A stretch of 64,000 bases of DNA from an uncultured cyanobacterium (GCA_963793425.1 CAWCAG010000005.1:544001-608000), one strand, 5' to 3'. Numbered from the stretch's first letter, positions 19,890-32,100 are shown. Program-made: numbers and translations. The notes: a model not told the origin generated them from the letters alone.

Positions 19890-22160
19890 TTAGACAATCT
19901 GATAAACAAAGCTCAAACTTGCCCAAGTCTTAACATCTAAAGCATAAACATCAGCAGCAGAACCTGTAACTTCTGAGTCTACAGCACTCCCTTGATGTAA
20001 ATCTTCTAAGATTGCTTTCGCTACCGCCAGGGGCTTTTCTAAATAGACTACCTCTTCCTCCATTTTGAGCCTTTGGGTGCTGTTGATAGCTTCCAGGGTG
20101 GCTTGGAAAGGAGAATAGCTAGCAATAAGCTGAATTTTAGCTACTCCTGCTGGTCCACGGGCTTTCATTTTTACCGCAGCAAGGTTAGGAAGAGCTAGGG
20201 TTTCTCCGCTTGCCACTAATACATTTTGTAATAAGCGCTCATTCTGAGAATTTCCCTGTTCCTGATTATAGGGTTGGGGAGAAGAAAATGCGATCGCATT
20301 TCCGGCGGAATCTATACCTACCAAGATGGCATAAATTGGTTGATTGCTAGTATTTTTGATACGGAACTGAATTTGACTATTAGCTGCGATCGCTGGTATT
20401 TCTTGGGAGGTTCCTGTTTCTATTTGGCGAAGACTTGGGGAAGATAATCTCAAGGTTTCTAGGGTGGTTAAGGGGGTAACCTCCTTCGTACCCTCATCTA
20501 CCTTTTCCAAAATAGCTTTAATACCTAAGCGGGAAGAGCCTTCGTTGGCGCTTAAGTGCCAGAATTTTGCGGCTAGTAAGCTTTCTAATTTGAAAGCTAA
20601 CCTGTTTACAGCAGGTTTAATCGCCTCATAAGCAATTCCTTCTGTGTTTGGTATGGGTAAACCGCTGATCGTATATAGCCCATAACCCCCTTGTGAATTT
20701 CCTGAGAGAATTTTACTCTCATCGTGGGGAATTGATTCGGCAAACCGACCAAACAAACAATCTACTTTTTGTTCTCCTAATGTCGCTAGAGAGGAGACAG
20801 CATCCAAGTTAGCAAAAGCGCTGGTGGCATCAACTCTTTCTATTCTTTCTAATTCTTGGGTAAAAGCCACTGTTAAGGTTAAATTACGGGGCAAGATCCT
20901 AATTAGTTCTTGTACCAATTGTCCAGAGGTGATTTGATAATCTTCTTGGGCTGTTTTATCTACCAAGCGGGCTTTAGCTGTTAATCCTTCCCGTGAACGA
21001 AGTTGTAGTTGAGTTGTCTTACTGACGCTTGGCTGCTCTGAAGGGTTGAGAAGCAGAAAACGAGAATTTAGACCATAGTTGTCTAAGAGTAGAGGAGGAA
21101 GACCACAAAGCTTCACCTGAGCGCTTTTGCCAGCATCTTCTACTCCTACTACCACCCCTTCTGCCCCTACCGGTTGAGCTGGAAGTAAATAGTAAGCTAA
21201 AAGCGCTTGTTTGAGTTTATCTCCTGCTAAGCGAGGTTGCTGTTGTTTGCCCATAACTTGCTCAACAGTTTTATTGACCCTTTTTAGGCTAATTTGTACT
21301 GAACTTGGGGGAGTAACCTGCCAGAGATATTGAGTTAGGGCATAGGTAAACAAACCAGCACTAAAACCATCCCATTTTCCTTCTACGGCTATTTGGTTAG
21401 CCCCGGCTGCTGTTAACCAAGAACCCACTAACTGGGATTTAGTTCGTGGGTCAATTTTTTTGCCTCCAGTATTGATTTTGAGGAGTAACTTTTCTTGGAA
21501 AGCTAATTCTTCGGGGCTTGATTTTTTCGCCGGTAGTTTAGGATAAGAGCGCAGTTTCAAGTTACCCTGAAAGTCCTTGCCAGTATTCACATAGCTGGTA
21601 TCTAAGACCATAGTGACTTTTTTGGTGGCTAAGGATTGAGCCAGTAAGATTAGGGTATCTTCTAAAAGTTCATTGACTACTGGGCTACCTTTGGTTTGTA
21701 AACTCCCATCCACGGGTATTAAGCTATTGGCAAAGCCTTCTGTTCCCGGTATGTCTACCTGAGAGCCATAGCCGCTAAAATGAAAGACGACAACATCATC
21801 ACTTTGGGCTTGTCCGGTGAGATGTTCAATGAAAGCCGTTTCAATATCCTCCCTTGTCGCTTGCTTATCTTTAAGAATTAAGATATCTTCAGGCAAAAAA
21901 CCGAAACGGTGAATTAATAATTCCCGTTGCAATTCCACATCTGTTAGGCAACCCATCAAGTTCTGGCCGCGAGGATATTGGTTAATGCCCACCAAAAGGG
22001 CTAATTTCCTGGCACTAGGTTGAGCCAGAGTTTGTAAATAACGATCAATTAAAGGAGCAGCTAAGCTACTCTTGCCCCAAGGTAACAGCCCTTGTGCTGC
22101 CCCAAGAGAGAGAATTGCCTTAGCAGTTCTTTGTAAAAAAGTTCGCCGATCCATTCCCAT
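19890..22160 (-). CDS. Caspase-like (peptidase C14) protein, catalytically substituted, with Tat-like N-terminus and DUF4384-like C-terminus
   Basis: RKLALLVGINQY, GCLTDV, FHFSGYGS (H>Y), LDTSY (C>S); DRRTFL at N-terminus. Confidence 0.85.
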   Translation of the reverse strand: MGMDRRTFLQRTAKAILSLGAAQGLLPWGKSSLAAPLIDRYLQTLAQPSARKLALLVGINQYPRGQNLMGCLTDVELQRELLIHRFGFLPEDILILKDKQATREDIETAFIEHLTGQAQSDDVVVFHFSGYGSQVDIPGTEGFANSLIPVDGSLQTKGSPVVNELLEDTLILLAQSLATKKVTMVLDTSYVNTGKDFQGNLKLRSYPKLPAKKSSPEELAFQEKLLLKINTGGKKIDPRTKSQLVGSWLTAAGANQIAVEGKWDGFSAGLFTYALTQYLWQVTPPSSVQISLKRVNKTVEQVMGKQQQPRLAGDKLKQALLAYYLLPAQPVGAEGVVVGVEDAGKSAQVKLCGLPPLLLDNYGLNSRFLLLNPSEQPSVSKTTQLQLRSREGLTAKARLVDKTAQEDYQITSGQLVQELIRILPRNLTLTVAFTQELERIERVDATSAFANLDAVSSLATLGEQKVDCLFGRFAESIPHDESKILSGNSQGGYGLYTISGLPIPNTEGIAYEAIKPAVNRLAFKLESLLAAKFWHLSANEGSSRLGIKAILEKVDEGTKEVTPLTTLETLRLSSPSLRQIETGTSQEIPAIAANSQIQFRIKNTSNQPIYAILVGIDSAGNAIAFSSPQPYNQEQGNSQNERLLQNVLVASGETLALPNLAAVKMKARGPAGVAKIQLIASYSPFQATLEAINSTQRLKMEEEVVYLEKPLAVAKAILEDLHQGSAVDSEVTGSAADVYALDVKTWASLSFVYQIV

Positions 22161-22352
22161 ATCAGCCCCAAACTCTCAGACACTAGGTATCAGAGTACCA
22201 GTAATAAACGATTCTCGGTTAGCGAATGTTAGGGATTTGACATAAAACAGGGAGCAGGGTTAGCGTTAGGCTGGCTGTAAGCGACAGGGGCCTGTGAACT
22301 TTATTAGGTCGATTTTATAAAGGTACTTTAGTAACCTGATTTGATATAAAAT

Positions 22353-22411
22353 TCCCCATCACCCCATCACCCCATCACCCTAGCTCCCTATTTTCCTAGC
22401 TCCCTATTTCC
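22353..22411. repeat. STRR (CCCCATCA, CTAGCTCC units)
   Basis: Directly visible. Confidence 0.8.
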
Positions 22412-22415
22412 CATT

Positions 22416-23582
22416 CTAATCGTGCATAGCTTTCGCTAATTCTGCTGCCACTTCTGGGCGAGAAAATTCTGGTGGTGGCAACTCCCCATTACGAAGCATG
22501 GCACGTACTTTTGTTCCGGAAAGGTGTACCCTTTCTTCTGGTTTACTAGGGCTGGTTTTTGCGGTAGCCATCTGTTTGGTTCGGGTACAGTAAAAGGCGT
22601 GTTCAAATTTCATGGGGGTGATGCCTAGTTCTTCAGGAGAAAATTCGTTGAAGATTTCTTGGGCATCATAGGTTCCATAATAGTCCCCAACTCCGGCATG
22701 ATCACGACCGACGATAAAGTGGGTACAGCCGTAGTTTTTGCGGACGATGGCATGGAGAATAGCTTCTCTCGGCCCCGCATAGCGCATGGCGGCGGGATAA
22801 ATGGCGAGGATAACTCTGTCTTGGGGATAATAATTTTCTAAGAGAATTTCATAGCAGCGCATTCGCACGTCAGCAGGAATATCATCACTCTTGGTTGCCC
22901 CCACCAAAGGATGTAAAAACAACCCGTCAACGGTTTCTAAGGCGCATTTCTGGATGTATTCGTGGGCGCGGTGGATGGGGTTGCGGGTTTGGAAACCGAC
23001 GATGGTTTTTAAGCCCTTTTCCCTGAAAATGTTTCTTGAATCTACTGGGTCGATTTGATATTTAGGAAAAAGTGGGTGAGGATCTCTTTGCAGTAGCCAA
23101 ACTGGTCCGGCTAAGTTAATTGCTCCTTGGTCATAAACTACTTTAACTCCGGGATGTTTATCCTCATCAGTTAAGTAGACGTTGGTGGCTTCTTTTTTCT
23201 TGTCGTAGGCATATTTTTGGGTTAATTCCAAAATACCAACGAAGTTTCCTTGAGGATCATCAAGACGAATATCGCTACCGATGGTTAAAGGTTCAGCAAT
23301 TTCTTCGCTAACGGAAAGGGTGATGGGAATTGACCAAGGAATACCACTCATCAGCCGCATATTTGTGACTACCCGTTCGTAGTCTGCTTGTTCCATGAAG
23401 CCTTCTAGGGGGCTAAAACCCCCAATAGCAATCATAATTAAGTCAGACACAGCACGTTCATCTAGTTGAACGCGAGGTAAGCTTTTTGCTTTTTCTATAT
23501 ATTCTTCTTTTTGTTCCGGACTAGCAATACGATTGATTAGCTGTCCGCCATGAGGAGCAATGTTACCAGAACTAACATTCAT
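22416..23582 (-). CDS. sat: Sulfate adenylyltransferase (ATP sulfurylase)
   Basis: [39 protein letters not shown]; start MNVSS preferred. Confidence 0.97.
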   Translation of the reverse strand: MNVSSGNIAPHGGQLINRIASPEQKEEYIEKAKSLPRVQLDERAVSDLIMIAIGGFSPLEGFMEQADYERVVTNMRLMSGIPWSIPITLSVSEEIAEPLTIGSDIRLDDPQGNFVGILELTQKYAYDKKKEATNVYLTDEDKHPGVKVVYDQGAINLAGPVWLLQRDPHPLFPKYQIDPVDSRNIFREKGLKTIVGFQTRNPIHRAHEYIQKCALETVDGLFLHPLVGATKSDDIPADVRMRCYEILLENYYPQDRVILAIYPAAMRYAGPREAILHAIVRKNYGCTHFIVGRDHAGVGDYYGTYDAQEIFNEFSPEELGITPMKFEHAFYCTRTKQMATAKTSPSKPEERVHLSGTKVRAMLRNGELPPPEFSRPEVAAELAKAMHD

Positions 23583-23719
23583 ACTTTTTTTAGATTTGGG
23601 CTTCCAAGGATAGATCCTATCAGTTATCAATGATCAATGGTCAATGATCAGTCTTATTGCGGAAACGGTAACGGTATAAGATAGTGTTACTGAGGGCAAT
23701 TGGGGAGGTCTTAATTGAG

Positions 23720-25092
23720 ATGCGTAGACCAATTTTAGTGGGTGGGGTTAGTCTTTCTTTGGGTTTGTGGCTATGGCAAAGCTGGCACGAATCTATTATG
23801 CAGGTGGGGGAGTTTGGTTTGGTGGGGGCGATCGCCCTTGGTACGGGTTTTTGGTTATGGAAACAAAAAAGTTCTTTTTCTTCTTCTGTTTCTGTTTCTG
23901 AGGTTTTGTCCCCTGTGGATCAAGAAACTGTGGAAGCTGCGATCGCCACAGCAGAGAAGACGATTGATTATTTAGAGTCGGAAGCAGACAGTTTTGCTGT
24001 TGAGGCATTGAGGGTTAAGTTAAATCAGTTACCAGAGTTACTGCACCGCGAGGTTTTACAAGTTGCGATCGCTGGGGGGAAGAAGGTTGGGAAAAGTAGT
24101 TTACAAGCAATTTTGGGGGCAGGGGAAGAGGAAGATATTATTTGGCAAGAGATTCCGGTTGAGGAGAAAGTTCCGGTTGCTGCTGATTTGGTTTTATATC
24201 TCACCGGGGGAGATATAACGGATTCTGAGTTGAAAGTTTTGCAAAAGTTGAGTGGGAATCGCTATGGTATTTTGCTGTTGTTGAATAAACAAGATTGCTA
24301 TTTGCCAGAAGAAGGGATGGCAATTATTCAGCAGTTGCGAAGGAGAATAGAAGGGGTTTTAGTTAAGGAAAATGTTTTGGGTATTGCTGCTGCCCCCGGA
24401 GATGTGAAGGTACGGCAACATCAAGAAGATGGTGCGGTAGAGGAATGGTGGGAACCACAACAGCCAGATATAGAGGGTTTGCATTTTCCTTTGCAGCAGT
24501 TATTGAAGGAAGAAAAGGAACAGTTAGTTTGGGCAACTACTTGGCGGCAAGCTATGGCGTTGCAAGAGGAAGCTAAGGAAGTTATTAATAATCTCCGTCG
24601 CGATCGCGCTTTACCAATTATGGAGAAATACCAATGGGTAGCAGCGGCGGCGGCTTTTGCGAACCCAGTCCCCGCGTTGGATATGTTAGCGACGGCGGCG
24701 ATTAATGCTCAGTTAGTAGTGGATTTGGGGGCTATTTATCAACAAAAGTTTTCCCTTGCCCAGGCACAAAATGCGGCGGAACTTTGGGTAAGCTGATGGT
24801 GCAATTAGGGCTGGTGGAACTTTCAACCCAAACTATTGGCAGCATTCTCAAGAGTCATGGTTTGACTTATGTGGCGGGGGGTGCTGTGCAAGGAGTGAGT
24901 GCAGCTTATTTGACTAGGTTGGCAGGGTTGAGTTTGATGGCTTATTTTCAAGAACAACAGCTTGATTCTAGTTGTGGGGAAGGTTTCAATTTTGCTAAGT
25001 TAGGGGAGAAGTTACAAGCGGTTTTCCAAAGTAACCAGCGTCAGGCTTTTTTACAAGGGTTTGTTAAGCAAGTTATGGCGAGTTCGCTTTGA
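23720..25092 (+). pseudogene. DUF697/YcjF-domain GTPase-like protein split by a 1-nt frameshift near 24779
   Basis: ORFs 23684-24796 and 24784-25092 join as ...QNAAGTLGKLMVQLG if one G is restored; NPVPALD DUF697 motif. Confidence 0.75.
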
Positions 25093-25224
25093 GGTTTTTT
25101 GCTCAAAACAAAGGCACACGAATTAATTCGGCGGCTTATCTCATACCGAAATCATTAATTCTTACCTCTTTTCCCTGTAGCCTACAAAATCTAGTCCGTA
25201 CCTCACAAGTTATAGAATTGCTAT

Positions 25225-26856
25225 ATGAATCTTATCTATCTTCTGCTACGTACTTCCTGGTTAACGGTGGTTTTAGCTGTTCTTACCGGTTTATTGAGTG
25301 GAGCTAGTAGTACAGGTTTAGTTGCTTTAACCAATACGGCTTTAACTAATAATAGTCGTTGGTCGGAGCAACAGCTTTTGATTAGCTTTATTGTGCTGTG
25401 CTTCACTTTATTAATCACTAACTTTTGTTCGCAAATTCTTCTCGCTCGTCTTTCCCAAAGTGCTGTATTTGATTTAAGAATTTACCTCAGCCGTCGTATT
25501 CTCGCTTCACCCCTACGGAGGTTAGAAGAAATCGGTATAGCTAGTTTACTCGCAACTCTTACAGATGATGTACAATCTGTTTCTTTAATTCTCTCTCGCT
25601 TACCTTTTATTTGTACAAACTTGGCTATCGTGGTTAGCTGCTTAATTTATTTAAGCTGGCTTTCCTTAGCCGTTTTTTGGTTAATGTTAGTTGTTTTGAT
25701 TGTAGCTGTTGTTAGCAGTGAATTATTAATTGCTAAAGGTCAAAAAATGTTTTCCTTAGCAAGAGAGGAACAAGACAAGCTCTTTCAACACTTTCGTACT
25801 ATCACAGAAGGAATCAAAGAACTTAAATTACATCAACCTCGCCAAGAAGCTTTCTTTAACCAAGACTTGGTGACAACAGCCAATGCCTCCCGGCGTTACA
25901 CTATCAAGGCTTTTACAACTTTTTCTATTGCCTCTAGTTGGGGACTAATGAACCTTTTTATCGCTTTGGGGATAATTGTTTTTCTGGTTCCCAATTTAGT
26001 AGAAACAACCCCAGAGATTTTATCTGGCTATGCTTTAGTTACCATTTATTTGATTTTGCCCTTAAATGCAGTAATCAATGCCTTACCGGATTTTAGTAAA
26101 GCAGCGATCGCCCTAGCTAAAATTGACTCATTAGGCTTATCTTTAGCAGCAGAAACCAAAGAAAAAGAAGTCAGTAATTTAGCCTCTCCACAAAATTCCT
26201 GGCAGCATTTACAGCTTACAAACACAGCCCACAATTACCACAACGAAAAAGAAGACAGTCGCTTTACGTTAGGCCCTATTAACCTCACCATCAAAGCTGG
26301 AGAGCTAGTTTTTATTGTTGGGGGTAACGGTAGCGGCAAATCTACTTTAGCTAAATTAATTACCGGGCTATATTCTCCTGAATCTGGGATTATCTATTTG
26401 GATAAACAACCTATAAGCGATCATAATCGAGGTTGGTATCGACAACATTTTGCCGTTGTCTTTGCTGACTTTTATCTTTTTGAGCGTCTCGTCGGATTAG
26501 AGCAGCCTGAATTTGAGAAACAAGCCCAAAAGTTTTTAAAAACCTTGCAACTCGAACATAAAGTGAAAATCAACTCAGGAAAACTTTCTACCACTGCCCT
26601 ATCCCAGGGACAACGTAAAAGATTAGCTTTGTTGAATGCTTACTTAGAAGATCGTCCCATTTATTTATTTGATGAGTGGGCTTCAGATCAAGATCCTCTG
26701 TTTCGGGAGATTTTTTATACTCAATTATTACAGGAACTAAAAAATAGAGGTAAAACTCTACTAGTAATAAGTCATGATGATCATTATTTCCATTTAGCAG
26801 ACAGAATCATCAAATTAGATTATGGTCAAGTTGAGTACGACAATTATCAAAGATAA
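25225..26856 (+). CDS. Cyclic-peptide export ABC transporter (PvdE/SyrD/YojI family)
   Basis: TMD plus NBD; GIKELKL, GGNGSGKST, LSQGQRKR, FDEWASDQDP. Confidence 0.93.
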   Translation: MNLIYLLLRTSWLTVVLAVLTGLLSGASSTGLVALTNTALTNNSRWSEQQLLISFIVLCFTLLITNFCSQILLARLSQSAVFDLRIYLSRRILASPLRRLEEIGIASLLATLTDDVQSVSLILSRLPFICTNLAIVVSCLIYLSWLSLAVFWLMLVVLIVAVVSSELLIAKGQKMFSLAREEQDKLFQHFRTITEGIKELKLHQPRQEAFFNQDLVTTANASRRYTIKAFTTFSIASSWGLMNLFIALGIIVFLVPNLVETTPEILSGYALVTIYLILPLNAVINALPDFSKAAIALAKIDSLGLSLAAETKEKEVSNLASPQNSWQHLQLTNTAHNYHNEKEDSRFTLGPINLTIKAGELVFIVGGNGSGKSTLAKLITGLYSPESGIIYLDKQPISDHNRGWYRQHFAVVFADFYLFERLVGLEQPEFEKQAQKFLKTLQLEHKVKINSGKLSTTALSQGQRKRLALLNAYLEDRPIYLFDEWASDQDPLFREIFYTQLLQELKNRGKTLLVISHDDHYFHLADRIIKLDYGQVEYDNYQR

Positions 26857-26974
26857 AAGGTAGTGATGATGAGATGATGATGAAGAAACAATTAGCCATT
26901 AGCCACTAGCTATTACCTGTTTCAATATCTGTAACGGCGGATCTAATAACTTTGTATTTGTTTAATCTATATTT

Positions 26975-27562
26975 ATGCAGCCCACCGTGACGACGTACCC
27001 GTCTGTTCCTCAGTGGGAGGAATTGTCCCTCGCCCAAGCACCCGATGCTAAGCAACTCGACAATATTAAATCCCACTTGGACTTAGTATTACTAGCCCTA
27101 GAAGCTCTTACCGCCATCGGTTCGGAGGCTATGCTCAAAGCAGCCAGAGATTTGGGGTTAGAGTCGGTGATTGGTGATCGTGTTGCTCTATGGCGGCTGC
27201 GTCAAGCTAATCCTCAACGTAAAAGTTCAGGAGGAAGGAAAAAACTTGATGTGGAAGAAGCGCGATCGCTCGTTCTGATTATTTGTTACTTAGCCCAAGA
27301 GTACCAAGAATTAATCCGCCGTGCTGTTAGTTTGCTCGAACAAATGGCAGAACAAAACCAAGAACCCCATCGCAGCGCTTTATTAGGAGACTATTTAGAT
27401 GTATTCAGCAATACCTATCAAGAACGCATGGAAGATGGAGAAAATATATCTTCTACCTTTTTGTCTCAGTTGGCATTCAAACTCTTGATTGATCTACTCT
27501 TTTACAGTTCTCCCAAAGGGCATCGTCGCCTCTGGCTAGCTTTATTAGATTATGCCAAATAA
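26975..27562 (+). CDS. DUF3038 family protein
   Basis: LDLVLLALEAL, RVALWRLRQANP, LLIDLLFYS...RLW; precedes DUF4335. Confidence 0.85.
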   Translation: MQPTVTTYPSVPQWEELSLAQAPDAKQLDNIKSHLDLVLLALEALTAIGSEAMLKAARDLGLESVIGDRVALWRLRQANPQRKSSGGRKKLDVEEARSLVLIICYLAQEYQELIRRAVSLLEQMAEQNQEPHRSALLGDYLDVFSNTYQERMEDGENISSTFLSQLAFKLLIDLLFYSSPKGHRRLWLALLDYAK

Positions 27563-27668
27563 AGGTTTTTGCGCTTTTGCTAACAGCTAATCGAAATATA
27601 TTTTATAACGATAAAAACTACTTTATGTTTCTCTTGCTCCGCTTATCCTTATTCTCACTTCTTCGGCA

Positions 27669-29162
27669 ATGGTAATTTCTAACTCAGTTGTCAGAATTTA
27701 TACTCCTCCTACTTGTACCTTAAAAATTGTGGGTAAAAGTTCTCCTTTGGCACGTTGGGTAGGGGGAACAGTGTTGAAGAAAATGCGTTTCGAGTTACGC
27801 TTTGATGATCCTCGTAAGCATAAAGATCAGCAGATTAAAGTCAAAGGAGAACAAGAAGAATTAGAGTTGTTATCCGAAGTTGTCACAGAGTATATACAAA
27901 AATTCCTCCATCGTTCAGCTTTAGATTTGCCTTTGTTAACTCCAGAAGCAAGCACTTTAGAACGTTCTTTTTCCGAAGTCTTAAACAATCAAAGTGAGCA
28001 AGTCATTCCTTTTCCTGGGCTTGACAGTTCCGAACCAGAAACAGAAGGGGAAGAAGCACAAACATCCTCTCTGAGTCCCCCTCCTTTCGCAAGAGGCCCT
28101 CGTTTAGAGCCAAAGGGTTTGTTAGCTCATCAATTATATTTAGGTTACTTAGGAAGTGAGGAAACGGGAGAAAGTGTTGCCTTAAGCACTACACAACTAT
28201 TTGATTTAGCTACGGCTTTAGATGAGTATGCTGAAGATATCGTTGCTTTACCTTTCCTTAAAGATAGCGATCGCTCCGTAATCCCATACTGGGCAGGGAC
28301 TGCTGCTGCTGTGGTGATGGCTGTGGGCTTAACTGCTATTGGTATGAGAATGTTAGACAATTCTCCAGAAGCAGAAACCGTTGCTGATGCAGGAAGTCCT
28401 AATACCCAAGCCCCCATTGGTATTGTACCTCCTCCTTCTGCCCCGGCAGTTTCTCCTACTCCTACTCCCACTCTTCCCTCAGATTTAAAATCGAAAGAAA
28501 AACAAAAACCTCCTGGGCCTGTAAAAAGAGGCAGTGAGGGAAGCTTAACTCAACCTGGTGGTAATACAACCAGTGGCAGTGAAGTTACTACTGTTCCCAA
28601 TCAACCACCCAGAGTTTCCAATTCTAATCAAAAAACTATTCCTTCTGTGAGGCCAGCCCAACCAGCTAAGCCTCCTAATGTAGCCCCAGGAGCAACAGTT
28701 ATCAAACCCAATTTAAGACCCGCACCTCAAGAAATCAAGCCATCTGTCCCTTCTAGAAATGGGGAAACACCTAGTATACCAGGAAGGTTGCCATCCCTTG
28801 ATAATAATAAAAGGGTTGCTGGTGCAGGAGATGATCGTACTTTTAATACTCCCTCTTCTACTAGAGAAAGTCCCCTATCTGATGCGATATCTCAAGAGGC
28901 TGAGGTAAAAAGCTATTTTCAAAGAAATTGGAACCCTCCCCAAGGTTTTACCGAAACTTTGGAATATCGATTAGTTTTAGACAACGATGGTTCCTTGAGA
29001 ACCATTACTCCTATAGGAAGTGCTGCAAATACTCATATAGAATCTACTAATATGCCAAAATTGGGACTACAGTTTGTTTCACCATTTTCAGGGGGAGAAA
29101 GTAAGACTATTCGCTTGGTTCTTTATCCTGATAGTAAAGTAGCAACATTTTTAGAAAAGTAG
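27669..29162 (+). CDS. DUF4335 family protein (TM helix, Pro-rich linker)
   Basis: YTPPTCTL, LRFDDPR, LSTTQLFDLATALD, YFQRNWNPP..LEYRL. Confidence 0.82.
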   Translation: MVISNSVVRIYTPPTCTLKIVGKSSPLARWVGGTVLKKMRFELRFDDPRKHKDQQIKVKGEQEELELLSEVVTEYIQKFLHRSALDLPLLTPEASTLERSFSEVLNNQSEQVIPFPGLDSSEPETEGEEAQTSSLSPPPFARGPRLEPKGLLAHQLYLGYLGSEETGESVALSTTQLFDLATALDEYAEDIVALPFLKDSDRSVIPYWAGTAAAVVMAVGLTAIGMRMLDNSPEAETVADAGSPNTQAPIGIVPPPSAPAVSPTPTPTLPSDLKSKEKQKPPGPVKRGSEGSLTQPGGNTTSGSEVTTVPNQPPRVSNSNQKTIPSVRPAQPAKPPNVAPGATVIKPNLRPAPQEIKPSVPSRNGETPSIPGRLPSLDNNKRVAGAGDDRTFNTPSSTRESPLSDAISQEAEVKSYFQRNWNPPQGFTETLEYRLVLDNDGSLRTITPIGSAANTHIESTNMPKLGLQFVSPFSGGESKTIRLVLYPDSKVATFLEK

Positions 29163-29172
29163 TAGTTAATTT

Positions 29173-32100
29173 CTAATTACTAACCGTTATATTCCGAAAA
29201 GCTATAGCTCCTTTAGCCAAAAGGGATTCCAAAGTTTCTAGTTTTTCTGGGGTAAATGCTCCGGAAACTAAATTATTTTCTAAATAGAGAATGCCGAGCA
29301 ATTTACTATCGTTAATGAAGGGGGTTGCCAGGAGCGATCGCGGTTGATATTTTTCAATATAAGGATCACGGCTAAAAGAACTTTCTTGTAGTGCATTACC
29401 AATAACTAGACTTTTTTTGGTGCGTTTGACATAATTAATCACACTAAAAGGTATTTTGAGGGCGTTGAGAGGTAGAGAATTAAGAACCTTAATTGCAAAA
29501 GGATCACTCCTTGCTTCAGCTTCAATCAGAAACTTCTCTTGCTTTGGTTTTGTTTCTGATCGATTTGGTAAGTATTGAGAATCTAAAACTAAAATTCCAA
29601 GTTGCGCCCCAGCATTTTTCAGGGAAACTTCTACTAATTTACTTAGTAATCTTTCTAAAGATAATTCTGAAGTAATAATCTCATGAGGACATGTCAATAT
29701 AGCTAAATCGTCAAGGTTTTGTGATTCTTCTGCCTGGATTTTTAAAAAAGGATAACGACTTTCCAATTCTTCGTACTTACTCTTTGCTCCCCATTTTAAA
29801 TAACAATAGTAAGCATCTTGAAGATAAGTTTGGGCAAGGTTGTTTTCTTGCCTACCTAGATAAAATTGACCAGCTAATTCATTACTTAAAGCTTCATCTT
29901 GAATAAATTCGTGCTTTTTAGCTAAATCGATTGCACATTCATAAGCCTGTGTTGCTTCTTGGTTAAAACCTAAAACTCTGTATCTTTCTGCTTCTACTAA
30001 ATAAAATTTATGGAGATGGTTTTGGGGTGCATATTCTACCCATTTCTGTAATTTCTTTTGGTTATGAGCTACTTTTTCAAGAATGGCTTTTTGTTCAGTT
30101 AAATTAGCTGTAGCATAAAGAGCTAACCTAGTGAGAGAATCATAGCAATGAAAAAGAGTGTAGGCGAACATTGCTTCAACTGATTTTAAATACTTTTGGG
30201 CTTGTTGGGAATGTTCTGAAGCCTGTTGATAATTTTGGAATAAGTAGCAAAGGATCAGTTTTTCTAAGTGTACTCTATGCAGCACTGAGCCATCTCCTGC
30301 TTCAAGATGAAGGGGAAGCATTTCTGCTTCTTGATAAGCTTCTCCATTTAATTGGCAAGGATGGGTTGATTCTCCTAATAAATTCAAGACAACTTGATGA
30401 TATAATTCATTCAAAGCCAAGTTTCTTTGCTGTTTAATTTGGCGAAGTATTTTACTGTAGCTAGCCATCTCTTGAGATAATGGTTTGAGTTCTTTACCTG
30501 TTAAATATGAGTAGTAGCAGTAAACAAAAGCACTATGAGAAACATATTCTAAATCTCCTGTTTCTAAGCCGAAAAAGTAAGCCTGTTGCAAAGAGTTTAA
30601 AGTGGCTTGCAAAGGTTCTTGACGATGGCGAATAAAGGTGTTGGCAACCAAAATAGTGCGGCATTTCAAAGGTGCTATTTCAGGTTTGTCAAAATTTTGT
30701 AAAAGGGTTAATGATAACTGTCCTAATTGATAAGCCAGATCAATATCTTCTAGCACTTTGCACATAATTAAACCAGAGGAAACATAGGCAAAGGCAGATT
30801 CTGGAGCATTACCATACTTAAGAGATAATGCTACTTCTTGAAAAACGATTGAGGGGAAAATTTGAGGAACAGCAAAAAAAGCAGCAGAACTAATACGAGA
30901 CATGATTTTCATTGCTGCTAGCTTGTAAGCATCCTGCATAAGAGGCTGATTTACTAAATCAGTAATCTCTTTACTCTCTAAACTTAATTTTGTTTTGAAA
31001 ATTCCTAACAAAATCTGGATTTTATTAGGGTGATGAGGAATAGTCACACCTAGAAACTTTAGTATAGTTAATCCTGTTTTAACTGCTGCTTGAGGCTTGT
31101 TTTGAGCAATATAAGCCTGGATTTCGATCTCATATACTTTTACCTGTTCTAAAAGAGAAGGAACATTTTTTTTAACTAAACTAATTAATTCCTCCATTGT
31201 GGAAAATCTACCATCAAGATAGGCTGTTTCTGCCGCTGCTTCATGAAGTTCTAAGGTAAGATAATAGTCACTTTGCCAACTAGATAGGTTTAAGAGCTGT
31301 AGACCTTGGCAAAAATAATTAAATGCCGTAGCATAAGCAGAAGAAGTTTGTGCTTTCTTTCCTGCATCTAAGTTCAATTGAGCTAACTTTAATCTCTCTG
31401 TTTCTTCCTCTATTAAATCAATACCTAAATTTAATTGATTAACAATCGTAAAAATTTGCTGCTCTCGGTTTTGGGGAGTTAGCCTATCAAGAAGCCTTTT
31501 ACCCACTTGATAGTGAAAAGCTGCTTTATCTTCCCCTAAAATAAGAGAATAGGCAGCCTGTTGAATACGATCATGGGCAAATTTATATTCAATATTTGAG
31601 ATATCTAACTCTTGGGATAAATCTTGCTGAATATCTAGTTCAATCAACTTATGCTTCTCACCAAGGGGTAAAATTAATCCCGCAGCGATCGCCCCTTTTA
31701 AAGCTAAAGCAGTTTCTTGGGAAGATTGATAAGAAATAATGCCCAACTTCTCTAGGTCAAAGCAACTACCAATACAAGCTGCTAGTTGTAAACTTTCTTG
31801 AGTTTTGATAGGCATTTTTTGTAGCTTATCAGTCATGAACTCCACCACATTATCAGTAAATTCTTGCCGATAAATACTCTCTAAATTCCAATACCATCCC
31901 CCAGGATTATCTTTTTTATCTAAATAACTAAAGTCAAAATAAACTAACTTTTCTGCATAAAGGCGCTTAATAAACTCATTAACAAAAAAAGGATTACCTC
32001 TAGTTTTGTCTAATACCAACTCCGCTAAAGGCTTTGTTTTAGCCAAAGAAGACTTGAAAGTATCCTTAAGTAGTTGATTAACACAATCAAGTTTGAGAGG

